Assembly (NCBI GenBank): GCA_037379345.1
Contig: CM074512.1
Location: 61,897,597-61,961,596, forward strand
DNA length: 64,000 nt
Direction of reading: 5' to 3'
Origin: Perna viridis
Taxonomy: Eukaryota
This document shows positions 14,801-26,731 of this stretch, piece by piece. The translations under genes and the position numbers were made by a program. The notes under the pieces are model-generated. The model was not told where the DNA came from and ran no database searches. It saw nothing but the letters and a program-made list of their open reading frames with translations. Every line of letters begins with the position of its first letter. Positions within the stretch are counted from its first letter, which is position 1.

Positions 14801-17800
14801 CCTAACAATATGCACATCTCAAAATCTCTACATAATGATCTCACAATTGTATTAAGTTTCATGAAGATCTAGCAAGTAATAATGAAGGAGTTACAGACAA
14901 ACTATGACATATACTCCACCTAACTTCATTTTCAGTGGGTATACATGTAATTCCCCAGGTAGGATAAATTACAGCTAAAGTTAACAGTATTAATTCATGT
15001 ATTTAACTATTCTTATTCAATACCTCAGCATAAGGTTGATTTTCCTCAATTTTAAAACTTTTATTGGCTGATGCAGCCAATTGGGCCACAGCACTTGAAG
15101 ATCCATTCTTCCCCCAGGCATAGTTCTGTACAGCACATTTCAGCTCAAATACTGAAAATAAGAATAGAAATCACATGAACATTCATGGTTGTTACCCAAC
15201 TCAAAAATTCACAACTTAATGTGGTATAATGAGTTGGGACATGAATGTCAATATATAAGTACATGCAGAATACAGATTCTTGTGGTAAGGGAAGTGAAAT
15301 GGTAGCTCCCTCTAACAGGTACAAGAGTACTACTAAATTTAAATACAACCTGAATAATATCAGTTGCTATATTTCTCTGATATCTGAATGCTCCATTAGT
15401 AAGGACACTGAATTATTCCAGTTCATTCAAATACCACAATCTATTAGCTAAGAACATGTATGCTTGGGAAATACTAAATAAGTTTTATTGGTAGAGCATT
15501 GGTTTACAAGAGTAATCAAGGGAACCAAGGTTATAGCGGTAATCAAAAGAATGTAATCCAGGGACAAAGACCAGACATGGAAAACAGACATACACAACAA
15601 AGAACATAAAGTAACTAAAATCATACATACAAAGTAACAAAAGTAAATGAGCAACTCGGACTCCACTAAAAACTGGGAGCATGGACCAGGTGCACCGGTA
15701 GGGTAAGCGTCCTCTGCTTTTCTAGAAACACCCACTGAGTTGCTCATAAGAAGTCAAGTCCGGGGTAGACAAACGAGGAAAGGAAAACTATGACCCGTTG
15801 AATAAATCAGTTTTCATGGTGTTAATGGATACACCATAACGATCCACGAGTTCATGATGACGACCATAAAACTTCTGTAGTGACTTCAATCTTGTAGCAA
15901 CATAACCCTGTTCCAGAAGCCTATTTGTTAGAGTTCTAGCGTGATACAAAAAGTCTGTGTAGTTTCGGCAAGCTCTGGCATAATGTATGAGTTGTGATAT
16001 GAACACTCCATACGCAGGAGCCGAAGGGATGTTGCCACAGATGAAAGGAAAGTTGACAATTCTGAATGAAAAGTCATCATGTTTGTTGTGAAGTTTGGTC
16101 AATAGTTTTCCTTTACCATCGATTTCTAAGTGTAGGTCAAGATATGAGGCTGACTTCACAGTGTCTGTAGTATCCTTTATCTCAAGTTCTTTTGGGTAGA
16201 TGCGATGTATCAAATCCCCGAAATTAGGATTGTTTAAAGATAACCCATCATCTATACAGCGGAAACTGAGATTGAAGGATCTAGCTAAACAATATTCTTT
16301 CTTTCTGATCAGATCAGCTATAAAGTCAGCCTCATAAGAGTGAAGGTATAGAGCAGCTAGTAAAGGGGCACAATTTGTTTCCATTGGAATGCCGACCATT
16401 TGTTGAAAAACACGTCCACCACACTGGACAAATATGTTGTCGATTAAAAATTCCAGCATTTTGTAAACATCTTCCTCTGTATATTTGGAAGATGATTTGG
16501 AATTATTTCTTACAAAGTATGAGGAATCTCTACCAAGAACTATATATTTGTATCTAGGTGTACCATCCTTTTTGGAAAAACAACGATGTATAATGTTTTT
16601 AAGTCGGGATTTTAACTGAGTGTGGGGAATAGAAGTATACAGTGTTGAAAAATCATAGGTTTTAATGCTATTATATTCAGATAATAGACAAAGCTTGAGA
16701 TCAGGACTAGATTTTCATTTCCAGCTGGTACTGTTCAAATCTATTTTGTCAAGTTGAATTATACCTATCTTTATATATATAGTGCATTAGTATCCCAAAT
16801 TTGAATTCATACTGTTACTAACTTTACATTTTCATAAAAATACAAAATTGTTGAAACTGATATGAGAGCAATTTTGGCTGAAGCTGCACATGCCTCTTAC
16901 TAGCGAAGAGAATACAGTGAATATAAATAAAAATAATATATGGGTAGTCTAAGACTCAAAAGGTTTGCAATGTTCCAGTCTGGGGCATTTTTTCCCAACA
17001 GTTGCAGGGTAGTTTTTTTTTAAAGATCAATGTCATTTCTGATGAAGGTATCAAATGTGAAGTACCACAAGGGTCTGTATTGGGACCTTTATTCTTCTTC
17101 ATATACATTTATGATTTAGTTGATGATACAAAAAGTCTGTATAGACTTTTTTGCTGATGATACTTCTCTTTTTTGTTCTTCATATGATAAAAAAAAAAAC
17201 AAGCATCTTAATGCTTTAGACTGGACTAAAACTTGGTTAATTTATATTAATCCTACAAAATCAAAAAGTATAGTATTAACTTCAAGAACTAATGTTTACA
17301 AACCTGAATTGAAATTTAATAATGTAAATATTAACTATGTGAAAATCACCAACACCAATGATCATGGGTTTACCTGCCTAGTAATTGTAAATGAAATTTT
17401 CATATTGTATCAATTATATGAAGTGTAACCAATAAACTGTCATTGCTTCGTAGTTAAAATTTATATTGAATGGAAAAAATCTTGAAAAGATAAGTTTTTT
17501 CTTTTATAAGAAAAGTTTTAGAATACAGGTGCAGTTTTCATTCTAGACCGGGCCCTTGTGCCATTGGCACAAATATTTTGTGCATGGCGCACAAAAAGAG
17601 CATGTGGGTCCAGTGCGCTCACAGTATTGTGTCGGTAGATCTCCGAATTTCTGGATTTTTTTTGGGTTCTGTGTTAGGACACGTATCGCAAGTCAAAAAC
17701 GATTTAATGAAACTGCAGGTGGTGTGCAGGGAACAAGATCATTTCCCCTGAACCTAATGACGGGACCCAGAAAATTTCAGATCAGCCGACTGACTGAAAA

Positions 17801-20800
17801 CAAATGGACATGGCTGGCAAACCTACAGTCAAAAATTTCAAATGACGATGTTCATTGTCCGTGGGCCTGGTTGGATACGATCCCAAAAGAACAGAAAAAT
17901 TCCAAGTGGCGCTGTAACATCATATTGAAATTACAATTTGAATCAACACAATGCCATAATAAAACAACAACATATACTATATAGTACTTCTTTTTATCTA
18001 TTCAGAGTTTATGTACATGTATCTCTGTTACCTCTCACCTAAAATGAAACTATAAAGTGCATACAAACATAACCTGAAGTAAACTTATTTGTTGGTTGAA
18101 TCTTTCCTGCTACGGAAAAATGAACCCTTATAATACTGCCATTTTGGCACCCTTTATTCTGAAAATGACCCACTGTTTTGCTGTCTAGGGGCACACTGGC
18201 CCCCTTTTACAATTTTCTGGAATACTGCAGGTGTGAACTTACTAGCTTTATTCCACAAGATAAATGAATGCTCTTTGCGTGCATATAAATAAATGATGGA
18301 GGAATGCTAAAAGCTTGATTTAAACACATGATAAATGAATGATGATAAAAAATTATAAGAGCAATTAATGAAGAAAGAAAAGATGGAAAATAATTATTAA
18401 ACAAAATAGTAATAGTAAAAATATAAAAATAATAGCTGAAAAAAAAAAGCAAATGATGAATTTACAAAAATAAACAAATGTATGTGCATTTGCATGAATG
18501 CTTGTTTCATGCATTTCAACAAACGCTCCAATCATGTCACATGTATTGAAACAAATGCTCCTATTGCGTGTTTAAACGAATGCCTCTAATATGCATTTGA
18601 ATGCAAAAAAGCAAAATGATGTGTAATCCAAGATTAAAGAAGCAAAACATGCAATAAAAAAAGCATGAATGCTTCTATGGGAAACATAAATGTATCAAGG
18701 AGTTCATGTAACTCTAAAGCAACTGAAATGATTGAGGGCAGTTGAACAAAAAAAGTTTTTTTTATTTTTACATGATCATGTCAACTCCTGACTAAGTACT
18801 AAATTTCTAAATTTTCCAGAATAAAAAATCAATAAAAATATGAGATGAAAAAAAAATATGTATAATCTGGTACCTCAAATAAATGAAATTGAGTTTTCTT
18901 TTTTTTTTTTTAACAGAAGCCACCAAAACCATATGTGTATATCCAATAAAATACATTTTTACATTTTGTGGAGTATAATAGCTACTTATGTTATTTAAAT
19001 AAATATTAAATAAGTTTTGTCATGGAAAAAGTTTTTTATGCATATTACAACACTTTCTACATGTAGCTACCAAATGAAAGTCTGTAATAATCAATATGGC
19101 ATCAGAAAGACATGTAACTAATTTCAAAGTACTGACACCATATTGATTATTACAGATTTTCCAAGGGTATCTAGAAAGTGTTGGAATAGGAAAAAATTAT
19201 TTCAAGTATGTTTTAACAGGGACTTTATATTAAAGGGATTGGTCACTCCTAACAAAGTCTATACAATGTATAAAAATAACTGTGCCTCCCCAGTCATTAT
19301 ATTGAGTAAACTTAAAGCCTAAATGATTCACATTTGACTTATGTATATGGGGGAAAGAGAAATTATTCAAGATTTCAGTTACATAAGCTATCAAATTAAC
19401 AATGTGATAATGACAAAGTCATGATGAAAATATTGAGGAAGGGTGTGTTCTCAAAACACTAAAATAAAATAAATACGTCATAACTTAACTATAAAAATCC
19501 ATTATTACTTATTATTTATCAGTAATTGTCCCAAGGAAAATTGATGAATTTGGTCAACTTTTAACCGTTAATTAAATATTTCAAACTCATTATTATGTAA
19601 TAAATATCATATCATTTTAGAGAAATTTCTTCAATCTTTTAATTGGTAGTAAATTTGTATGTTTAAATAAACAGGAAGACACAATGATTAACAGCTTACT
19701 GAGTATTCTTTATGAAAATGAAAACTTCGAAATTTCTCTCTGAAGACAAAGGTACATTCATTTATTCATTATTTTATTGTTATTCAGAGCACTTTCATTA
19801 AGAACAGCCATTGCCATTCAGCAGATTTACTCTTTAATTTGTTGTTAATTGCATTTTAATAAATGCAATAGTTTTCACATTCAATGAAATATCGTCCTTT
19901 AAAAAGTGATTTTTTGCTTATTTGTCTAAAAAGACCTAATTTTGAAGCAAAAAATTTTAAAAAATTTACATTCCTTTTATTTAAAGCTGCATTAGCTGTC
20001 ATTTTTGTATTTTTTTCTGTTGAAATATGTCTTAACTTAATTATTACCACTAAATTGTACTTTTCTTGTACAATTTCATTTGATATCCACAAATAAAATG
20101 CATTAAATACATAAAATTGGTGTCTACATATTTAATGTCTTAATCAACCTAGATAAGTTTGTATGCATGTGACTTCTGGTGACCTAAATTCGCGCATGTG
20201 CTGTAAGGGTCACTTCTTTAATAGCAAATTTTATTGCAAAGTGAAAGTGGTTCTTCAATGGCAAGGAAGACCGACGGACTCAAGCCGTAAAAGAAAAAAG
20301 TTCAAATATAACGCAAGGATTCTTTTAAAATTTACGTATTGTGATATAATGCGGCTCAAATATGATCATTATTTATTTGACAACTAATAAAAAAATAGAT
20401 GAAATGAAAACAAGATAAATGCTTACCTGTGTATCCGTTACTGTTATTTTTTACAAAGGTTAAAGTATTTTTAACCCTGGTGAATGTACTGTCAGCAATC
20501 TTCGGAAGTAATGGCGAAAAATAATTAGACTACAATATTCTGTAGGTATTATCAACATTAACTGCTTCAATTGCATTACTACAAACTTATTTCATTGAAT
20601 CAGGAAAATTCAATAGAATCAAAACTGAACAAATTTGGCAGCTAATGCAGCTTTAAGATAAATAAAAAAAATACATGTTGCCATTCTCAGATCTTTTATA
20701 TACAACTTGGTACATCATTTTTCAAAAGCCATACAGTGGTTTTTACAAACACCCTTAGCAAAGTTATCCTATTTTCAAAAGAGAAATTTGAGAAAATTGG

Positions 20801-21813
20801 TTAATAAACAGCAAAATAACAAAAGAAGAGTTTGATATAGATTATTACAAGTGACTTCTCTAATATACACTCCCTGGTTTATATAACATAGTTAGCAGCT
20901 TCACCACCCAAAAATGTATTTTATTGAGATTTCAGGATATAAACACCTGGTTTTCGGTTATTTGAACAACCCAATATAATCTGCATTAAAATATTTATAG
21001 CGCCCCGTGCAGGTCTGGGTGTTAAAAGAATAGGCCTGCAGCAGTGCCTAGCTTGTCGTAAAAGGCAACTAAATAGTGCTCAGAACCCTAGCCGGGGGCT
21101 AGGGCACTTTGCCCACAGAGCAACTGAGATATGTGTCCCAGGTGGTGGAATGGGGTACCCCTGGCGTTACATGCTAGGGTTGTCAGGCTATAATACGGAA
21201 AACCTGACCGCAAACCATAGTGGTGCACCATGTTGGGAAAGATGCCACGTTCCTCCCAAGTTAAAGAACCCTACTCGGCTACTGTGGTATTCTACCGGAG
21301 TAGGAACCATAGGGCTCCGCCACAGGAGGCTAAATTGCCGGACCCCACCCACCTCTCCCTATTTTCAGTGGCAATCAAAATTTGTCGACCCCATAGTCCT
21401 TGTGTCCCATCCCTTTTTCATTTCATCATCATTTCATGTTCATCGTCTGAATATAGATGAAATATTGCTGCTCGGACGTTAAACCCCAACAAAAATATTT
21501 ATAGCAGCCAGGTGATGGCTGCATAACTATAATGAAAATTTAAAATCGTCCCCAGGCAAATCCTTCTGGGTCTTAGCACCTAGACTCCACTGAGGGTCGA
21601 TGAGACTCCCAGACCTGGCCTTAATTTGAAGGGCCTATAGGCTTTCATGTCGATAGGCACCAAGATGAAATCCATGGATAGTTCCGCATAATAGCATAAA
21701 CGACTTTGCATCATGTCTAACTCAAAGGAATTATGTTTTACTCATCACCGTATCCACTACACGTCCATTCATTACATATAACAGTAGTTTTAACCTTGTT
21801 GGACAGCTTCCAT
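5862..21813 (-). CDS. MPI: Mannose-6-phosphate isomerase (type I phosphomannose isomerase), canonical copy, 8 coding exons, 428 aa
   Basis: Exons (minus strand, all GT-AG, phases consistent): 21813-21795 (MEAVQQ, Kozak-like cgccacgATGG), 15151-15024 ([15 protein letters not shown]...PYAE), 14154-13954 (LWMGTHP...[22 protein letters not shown]), 13351-13210 ([17 protein letters not shown]), 12266-12081, 8128-7955 (FPGDVG...[18 protein letters not shown]), 7191-6971 ([20 protein letters not shown]), 6077-5862 (TGA). Total 1287 nt. All PMI type I signature motifs are present. The 19-nt exon 1 is the least certain part. Confidence 0.95.
7385..7920. repeat. Degenerate minisatellite, ~45-50 bp unit (aacttaactcactgttaacaggttaatgtgacttctgatctgaaatcaattc), in MPI intron 6
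   Basis: Several recognisable copies of the ttcaactta..ttaaca..tgatctgaaat pattern. Confidence 0.75.
9219..9473 (-). repeat. Four degenerate tandem copies (~64 bp) of the 3' end and splice donor of MPI exon 5
   Basis: Each unit matches ataaactcaccatattgttgaagcagatggaacaactttgtaagctctc at 12071-12120. Confidence 0.85.
9665..10324. mobile_element. Non-autonomous TIR element nested in the HINE
   Basis: Terminal inverted repeat AGTCTACGCGAAAC / GTTTCGTATAGACT. Confidence 0.6.
10753..11760. mobile_element. Tc1/mariner (pogo/Tc2-like) non-autonomous element with TA TSD, nested in the HINE
   Basis: TIR CCTTATTTTCTGGACTATAAGTCGA / TCGACTTATAGTCTGGAAAATACGG flanked by TA on both sides. Removing it restores the host repeat ttcaat-ta-tcttccttt. 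Confidence 0.8.
10779..10846 (-). mobile_element. 3' tail fragment of family A SINE (antisense) inside the Tc1/mariner element
   Basis: Reverse complement of catcgtctgaatatagctgaaatattgctgctc.gac.ttaaaccccaac followed by (AAAC)n. Confidence 0.7.
13384..13600. mobile_element. Tc1/mariner-type MITE with TA TSD
   Basis: TA|CTGTAAATTGGGAAATTTTCATG ... CATGAAAATTTCACTGTTTTACAG|TA. Confidence 0.7.
15508..16700 (-). mobile_element. Penelope-like retroelement (Naiad-type), 5'-truncated, RT C-terminal half plus 3' UTR; in MPI intron 1
   Basis: ORF 15788-16459 has decayed PLE RT motifs: GIPM(E)TNCAPLLA, R(C)[43 protein letters not shown]. Upstream [14 protein letters not shown] at ~16620-16665. No C-terminal GIY-YIG domain. 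Confidence 0.85.
17040..17530 (+). mobile_element. CR1/L2-group LINE RT fragment
   Basis: [37 protein letters not shown]. Confidence 0.75.
19985..20652. mobile_element. Kolobok-like non-autonomous DNA transposon with TTAA TSD
   Basis: TTAA|AGCTGCATTAGCTG ... CAGCTAATGCAGCT|TTAA. An RR-start with a TTAA target fits Kolobok. Confidence 0.75.
21002..21491 (+). mobile_element. SINE-like non-autonomous retroposon (family A), full length
   Basis: 14-bp TSD AAAATATTTATAGC (20988-21001 / 21492-21505). Tail gacgttaaaccccaac. Homologous to 23486-23980 and 53246-53741. Confidence 0.85.
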
Positions 21814-21819
21814 CGTGGC

Positions 21820-21880
21820 GAGAGTCTGAGGAAAACAACCGGATACAATTTCTATTTCCGGATTCACTCGGACTTTATCA
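21820..21880 (-). promoter_or_regulatory. Probable MPI core promoter / 5' UTR with ETS-type CCGGAA site
   Basis: CCGGAAA (ttccgg at ~21856-21861) and a second CCGG-core site at ~21839 lie just upstream of the inferred start codon, as in TATA-less housekeeping promoters. Confidence 0.4.
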
Positions 21881-23485
21881 TACCGTGCTTATGTATGTCA
21901 ATGGAAGTCTGATAGATGTGATACACTTATAATTTCAGATTTTTTTTCTTAATTTGCTGAGATGTATCCACCACACATTGCATTTTAGACACAAATAATA
22001 GTACAGAGATAGTATGAATAAAATAGATAATATTTGACTGGTTATTAATGTACAAATAGCGGGAAACTTTTGCAATAGGTGGTGCAATTTGTACAAAAAT
22101 GTATATTGAACATTTTTCAGGTCTCTTTGAAATATCTTAAAATTATTGATTATTCTCATGTTAATATCATATGGCAAAATATAGAAATGACCATTTCACT
22201 CTTATTGATACTTCTACAACGTTAGTGATTGGAATTCCGTTCCTCCATACCCCAAGGATTGCAAGTCCGAAAATAGCTTGCCATACAACCTCTAGCACTG
22301 CTGGAGTATCTTATGGATAGATCCCCATTTGGAAAAGGCACTTGTGATTTTGTAAGCATCTCCTAGGAACATAAAAGACCTGCGAATATTGGAGTAAGAA
22401 TTAACAGAATTGTGAAAAGTTATATGAATACGCAAGCAATCATATATCTTGTCAGACTATGCACGGTAACAGCAGACAACACCAACTAATTGTAAAACTA
22501 AAGAGTCTTTTGAACTCGCCAATAACTCTCAATTGATTCACAAGGGGTTTATTTCGCACACATGTGTAAAAGGACAATGCTAAAAAATAAAATTGACAGT
22601 TACAAGAATATAAAGGATGTAAAACAATAAAATTCTGATATTAAAAGTGGAATATCTGAAATATATATTTAAAAAATATTAAAAACAAATTGGACAAACT
22701 TGATGAGAGCAGCAAGCGTAATTTTCATTTATGAAAAATATAATCTTCATTAGAAAGTAACTTCTATTTACTGTTTAATGACTTCTCAATCAAGAGTATA
22801 TGTTATAAAATAAAGTCTTGAATTAGAAAAGGTCGATATAATAAAACTCCATGCACTGAAATATGTAAAATTGTGGAGTTATTGAAGATTATATTAAAAT
22901 GTAATGTAAATCGAATTCTCACTAAGAAAGAAGAAACTAAATGGCTTCCTTGCCTATTTTTAAACTGTTTACTTTCATATTTTATTTTTTTTTTATTCAA
23001 TTACTTTTTATTGATTTTTTTAAATTCACCTTTTCAGACATTAATATGCAAAATGTAATATAAAATTATTTGATTCCAGTATTAAATGATATAAAATAAA
23101 TGATAGAATTTTAAAAAAAAATATTATTTTTCCGTAAAAACTCTACATATGTATAAACTGTGACTATATATCCTGCGCCTTTTTATCCGTGAATTTTTCC
23201 CCACATTCAATATTATTTAAGGACTTTATTCGTTTATTTACATATTAATAATTATGTTTCCATCGTTTTGTCTTTACAATCATTTATTTATTAAGTTTAA
23301 TTTAAGATAGTAAGTGTAAAATATATAAGAAAATTATTATTTCTTTTATGAAGTAATTGCTAATGGCTGCCACTTTGTTAAATATTTATTGACATTTCAT
23401 ACGTATACTCAGTCCTTTGATGCGTGGTTCCTTTCGAATATTGTTAACTTTAAACGAATAGCAATATCTATTTCCTATTAAAATA

Positions 23486-23980
23486 GCCCCGGATGTCAAA
23501 AGAATGGGCCCGAGGCAGCGCAAAGCTTGTCGTCAAAGGGGCTAAATATTGCTCAGAACCCTGGCCGGGGGCCAGGGTGCTCTTCCCCAGGTGGTGGAAT
23601 GGGGTACCTCTGACGTGTTACATGCTAGGGCCGTCAGGATATAATACGGAAAACCTGACCGCAAATTTAACCATAGTGGTGCACTGTGTTGGGAAAGATG
23701 CCACGTTCCTCGCACGTTCAAGAATCCTGCTGTGGTATTCGATAGGAGTAGGAACCTTTGCTCTCGCCACAGCAGGCTAAATTGCCCGACCCTAACCTCC
23801 CTATTTCTAGTGGCAATCAAAATTTGTCGACCCTATTTTCCCTGTGTCCCATTCCATTTTTTCATTTCATCATCATCATCATTTCATGTTCATTTTATCA
23901 TACATTTTATGTTCATCGCCTGAATATAGCTGAAATTTTGCTGCTCGGGCGTGAAACTCCAACAATCAATCAATCATCCA
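23486..23980 (+). mobile_element. SINE-like non-autonomous retroposon (family A)
   Basis: Colinear with 21002-21491, with a (CAAT)n tail. Confidence 0.8.
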
Positions 23981-25819
23981 ATTAATACATTGCCATGCAA
24001 CCACACATTTTTACACATAGCCCTTTCCCATGCAGTTCCACATTTCTACACATTACATTGAAAAGCTTTTAACTCTGCGATAAGTCCGTTTTGAGAACAA
24101 AAAATAAAATAAATGTGTGATTGGGTATTTTCGCAATATTTTCTAGTACTGGAATCACGCTAAAAACATTTGAACGGTACTTTTAACAGCAGACGACTAC
24201 CGGTGCAGTAATTTTGGATAAAATGGCTGCCGTCGTAAACACTTAGGACGTCATGTCGGATTTCTCGTAAATTGAGCAAGATCCTGAGCAAGTTTTGATC
24301 ACAGAAGTAGTATCGCACACTATTGGTGTATGCAACAACACAAGAATGAAAGGTAGAGCACTACGAGTGTTCATCAAATGGCTTTCTGCGACGGATTTAT
24401 CTGGTTGTTTCATTCTATTGACTTTTGAAATATTTAAATGACAGCAATGTACCTTTAACTCCGAGATATTCGGTATCTTGGTCACGTTGTGTCGCTTTCG
24501 ACTTGTACTTTCCTCGAAGGTATATGATACTGAGGAAAACCACTCAAGAGAATGCTTTAACCTCTACAAACTATTGAAAATGATGTCTTCTACGTTAGTT
24601 TTGCTGTCTGTATTTATACTGTATCTGTACCTTTCATTGTATAACTTTGCACAAATGAAATTATGGTACCAAGACTACTATAATCTATGTTGATTGCAAA
24701 TAATTGTACAGCAAAATTTAATGTTGATGATGTGGTCTAAAGGGTGATCGTTATTCAAGAAATTATTCACAGAGGCTCCATTTTATCATTGTTTTTCCTC
24801 GGACTGGCCATTTATGTTGCCTTATTTTACTCCAAGCACCATTTTGCGACTCATGAGGTTATTTATACATGTATTTTACTAAACAAGTTGAGAATCCCAC
24901 CATTTACTTCATCAAAGATGACAAATTTTGTCCCAAATTTCGGATATATAAGAAATGTGTCATGTATATACATACACTGATATCATTAATATGTTAAAAT
25001 ATTGTTTACGCAATCACCAATACACATTCAGCAGTTGTAAGCAATTCATTCGAAGAAAACAGACAAAAATCTTTACAATAGCGGGCTCGCTCTTAGTTAA
25101 ACGATGGTGTTCCGTACTCTGAACTTACATTAATGTGTTACTCACAACTGTTCACTTGTTTTCAAGCCCTGAGCATCTGGGTTTGTAAGGTTGGGTTAAT
25201 TTTTTTTAAATTAAGGCAAGATAATGTAGTAATTTAAGTAAAATTAAACGCATTGCAGGGGCATGTAACTCTGTCATATCGGTAGATTGCGGGAGTTTTC
25301 ATGCATGTTTCAGACCACCACTTCTGTCTAATTCTTACAAAGACTGGTACAATACTGATAGAGAAAACAATGCATTAGTAAGAAAATATTTTTTTTATTA
25401 TAACGATATGTAATAATAAAAAAAGAACACGTGTCATATGTTACATTTCTTTACACGATATTTTAACAAGAAGTTAGATCACCTTTTATCTTCCGCATCA
25501 TCGTTCAAGTCAAGAAGTGTCACAATGCTGTGCAGAATAACTGCAATGTACCACACCTAGTCTTACAGCTTGTGAAATATAATATTTCGCATGGCACAGC
25601 TTGATATGACAACAAAGGTCAAACAGTTTTGGCAATCATACGATACGGATGACAATGACACGGGTGACGACGATACCGAGAGCGCCTTACCATTATAGGA
25701 CCACGAAAAATTGCGACGATATAAAAACATTACTCCCATAAATCTACACTACAAGCGACCGTTTTACAAAGCCCTTTTCAAGTGTTGTCACTACCAAAGT
25801 TTTCTTTGACCAAGAAAAC

Positions 25820-26520
25820 TTGGTCCAAGTTTCTGAAGGCCATTGGCCAGATGAGCTATTGCCATCCCTTGGCGTCCGTTGTCATCACCGTACATTAATG
25901 TCGTTACATTTAAAAAAAAAACTCTTCTCCTCTGAAACTACCAGACCAATCAGAACCAAACATGGTTTGAATGTACCTTTTGGTGTTCTGCATAGAACTG
26001 ATGTATGGTTTTTCATTCCGTCAAAAAAAATGGCCGCCGTAACTAAAAATAAAACATGGGTCAGACAGGTGTTTTTCGCAAATATATTTCCAAAACCGTT
26101 AGGTTTCGTCGAATTCTATCAAGTGCCGAAATGATCCTCATTATAAGGCCTACAAAAGTCTGCATTAGGTCAAGGTTGTTAGATGACCCCTTGTTAGATT
26201 TCTTGTCCTTGAAAGATGAAAAATGGTGTTTGTTTTTACAGTTTTCAGCCAATATCTTGAAAGATATGATAGATACAAAAAACATTCAGTTGCTGAAATG
26301 ATCCTTATGATAAGGCCTACAAAAGTGTGCAGAGATCAAAGTTGTCGGACGACTCCTTGTTAAGAGTTATTGCCGTTGAAAGGCGAAAAATATGTTATTA
26401 TCAGTTTTCAGCCACGATATCTTGAAAACTATAATAGATAAAAAGAAACTTTCAATTGATATTGATGAAATGATCCTTATGATAAGTCCTAAATGATTGT
26501 ACAAAAGCCTTCTTTGAGTC
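25820..26520 (+). mobile_element. HINE-like element with ~170-bp satellite-like units
   Basis: Head ggccagatgagctattgccatcccttggcgtccgt. Unit gaaatgatcct.at.ataag.ccta recurs at ~26128, ~26296 and ~26467. Confidence 0.65.
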
Positions 26521-26731
26521 AAAATTATCTTTGTAAACATTGATTCTCGCCTGTTTTCAAACCATTCCCAAGAAAAAATGATAGTGACAACAGATGACTT
26601 CGACCAAGAAAATGATGAAAAACTTTGATAGTAACAACAGGGCTTAAGACTTACTAACACATAAATTCCTAACAAATAATTGACCACAGCTTTATTAAGT
26701 TCATCTTTTATGCTGATTGAGATGCCAGATT

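Noticed and set aside
15330-15410. N-terminal extension exon for MPI
   Set aside because: The only open frame ends in phase 0, but the next exon needs phase 1.
15448-15747. Small hydrophobic ORFs (also 32428-32811, 38511-38708, 50663-50851)
   Set aside because: These are translations of the T-rich Penelope 3' UTR, with frames not conserved between copies.
15788-16459. Selenocysteine-recoding Naiad or SECIS element
   Set aside because: There is no in-frame TGA in the 223-aa ORF, and the 3' UTR stem lacks a convincing AUGA/GA quartet with the correct spacing to an AA loop.
20424-20520. Extra MPI exon ending in a strong CAG|GTAAGC donor
   Set aside because: It lies inside the Kolobok-like element and is not needed for the reading frame.
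21150-21482. ORFs in the family A repeat (also 23493-23985, 53463-53687)
   Set aside because: Indels shift the frames between copies, so the element is non-coding.
24190-24300. MPI first exon or a separate gene start near AAAATGGCTGCC
   Set aside because: The ATGs on both strands hit stops within a few codons. A better phase-1 exon with Kozak context exists at 21795-21813.
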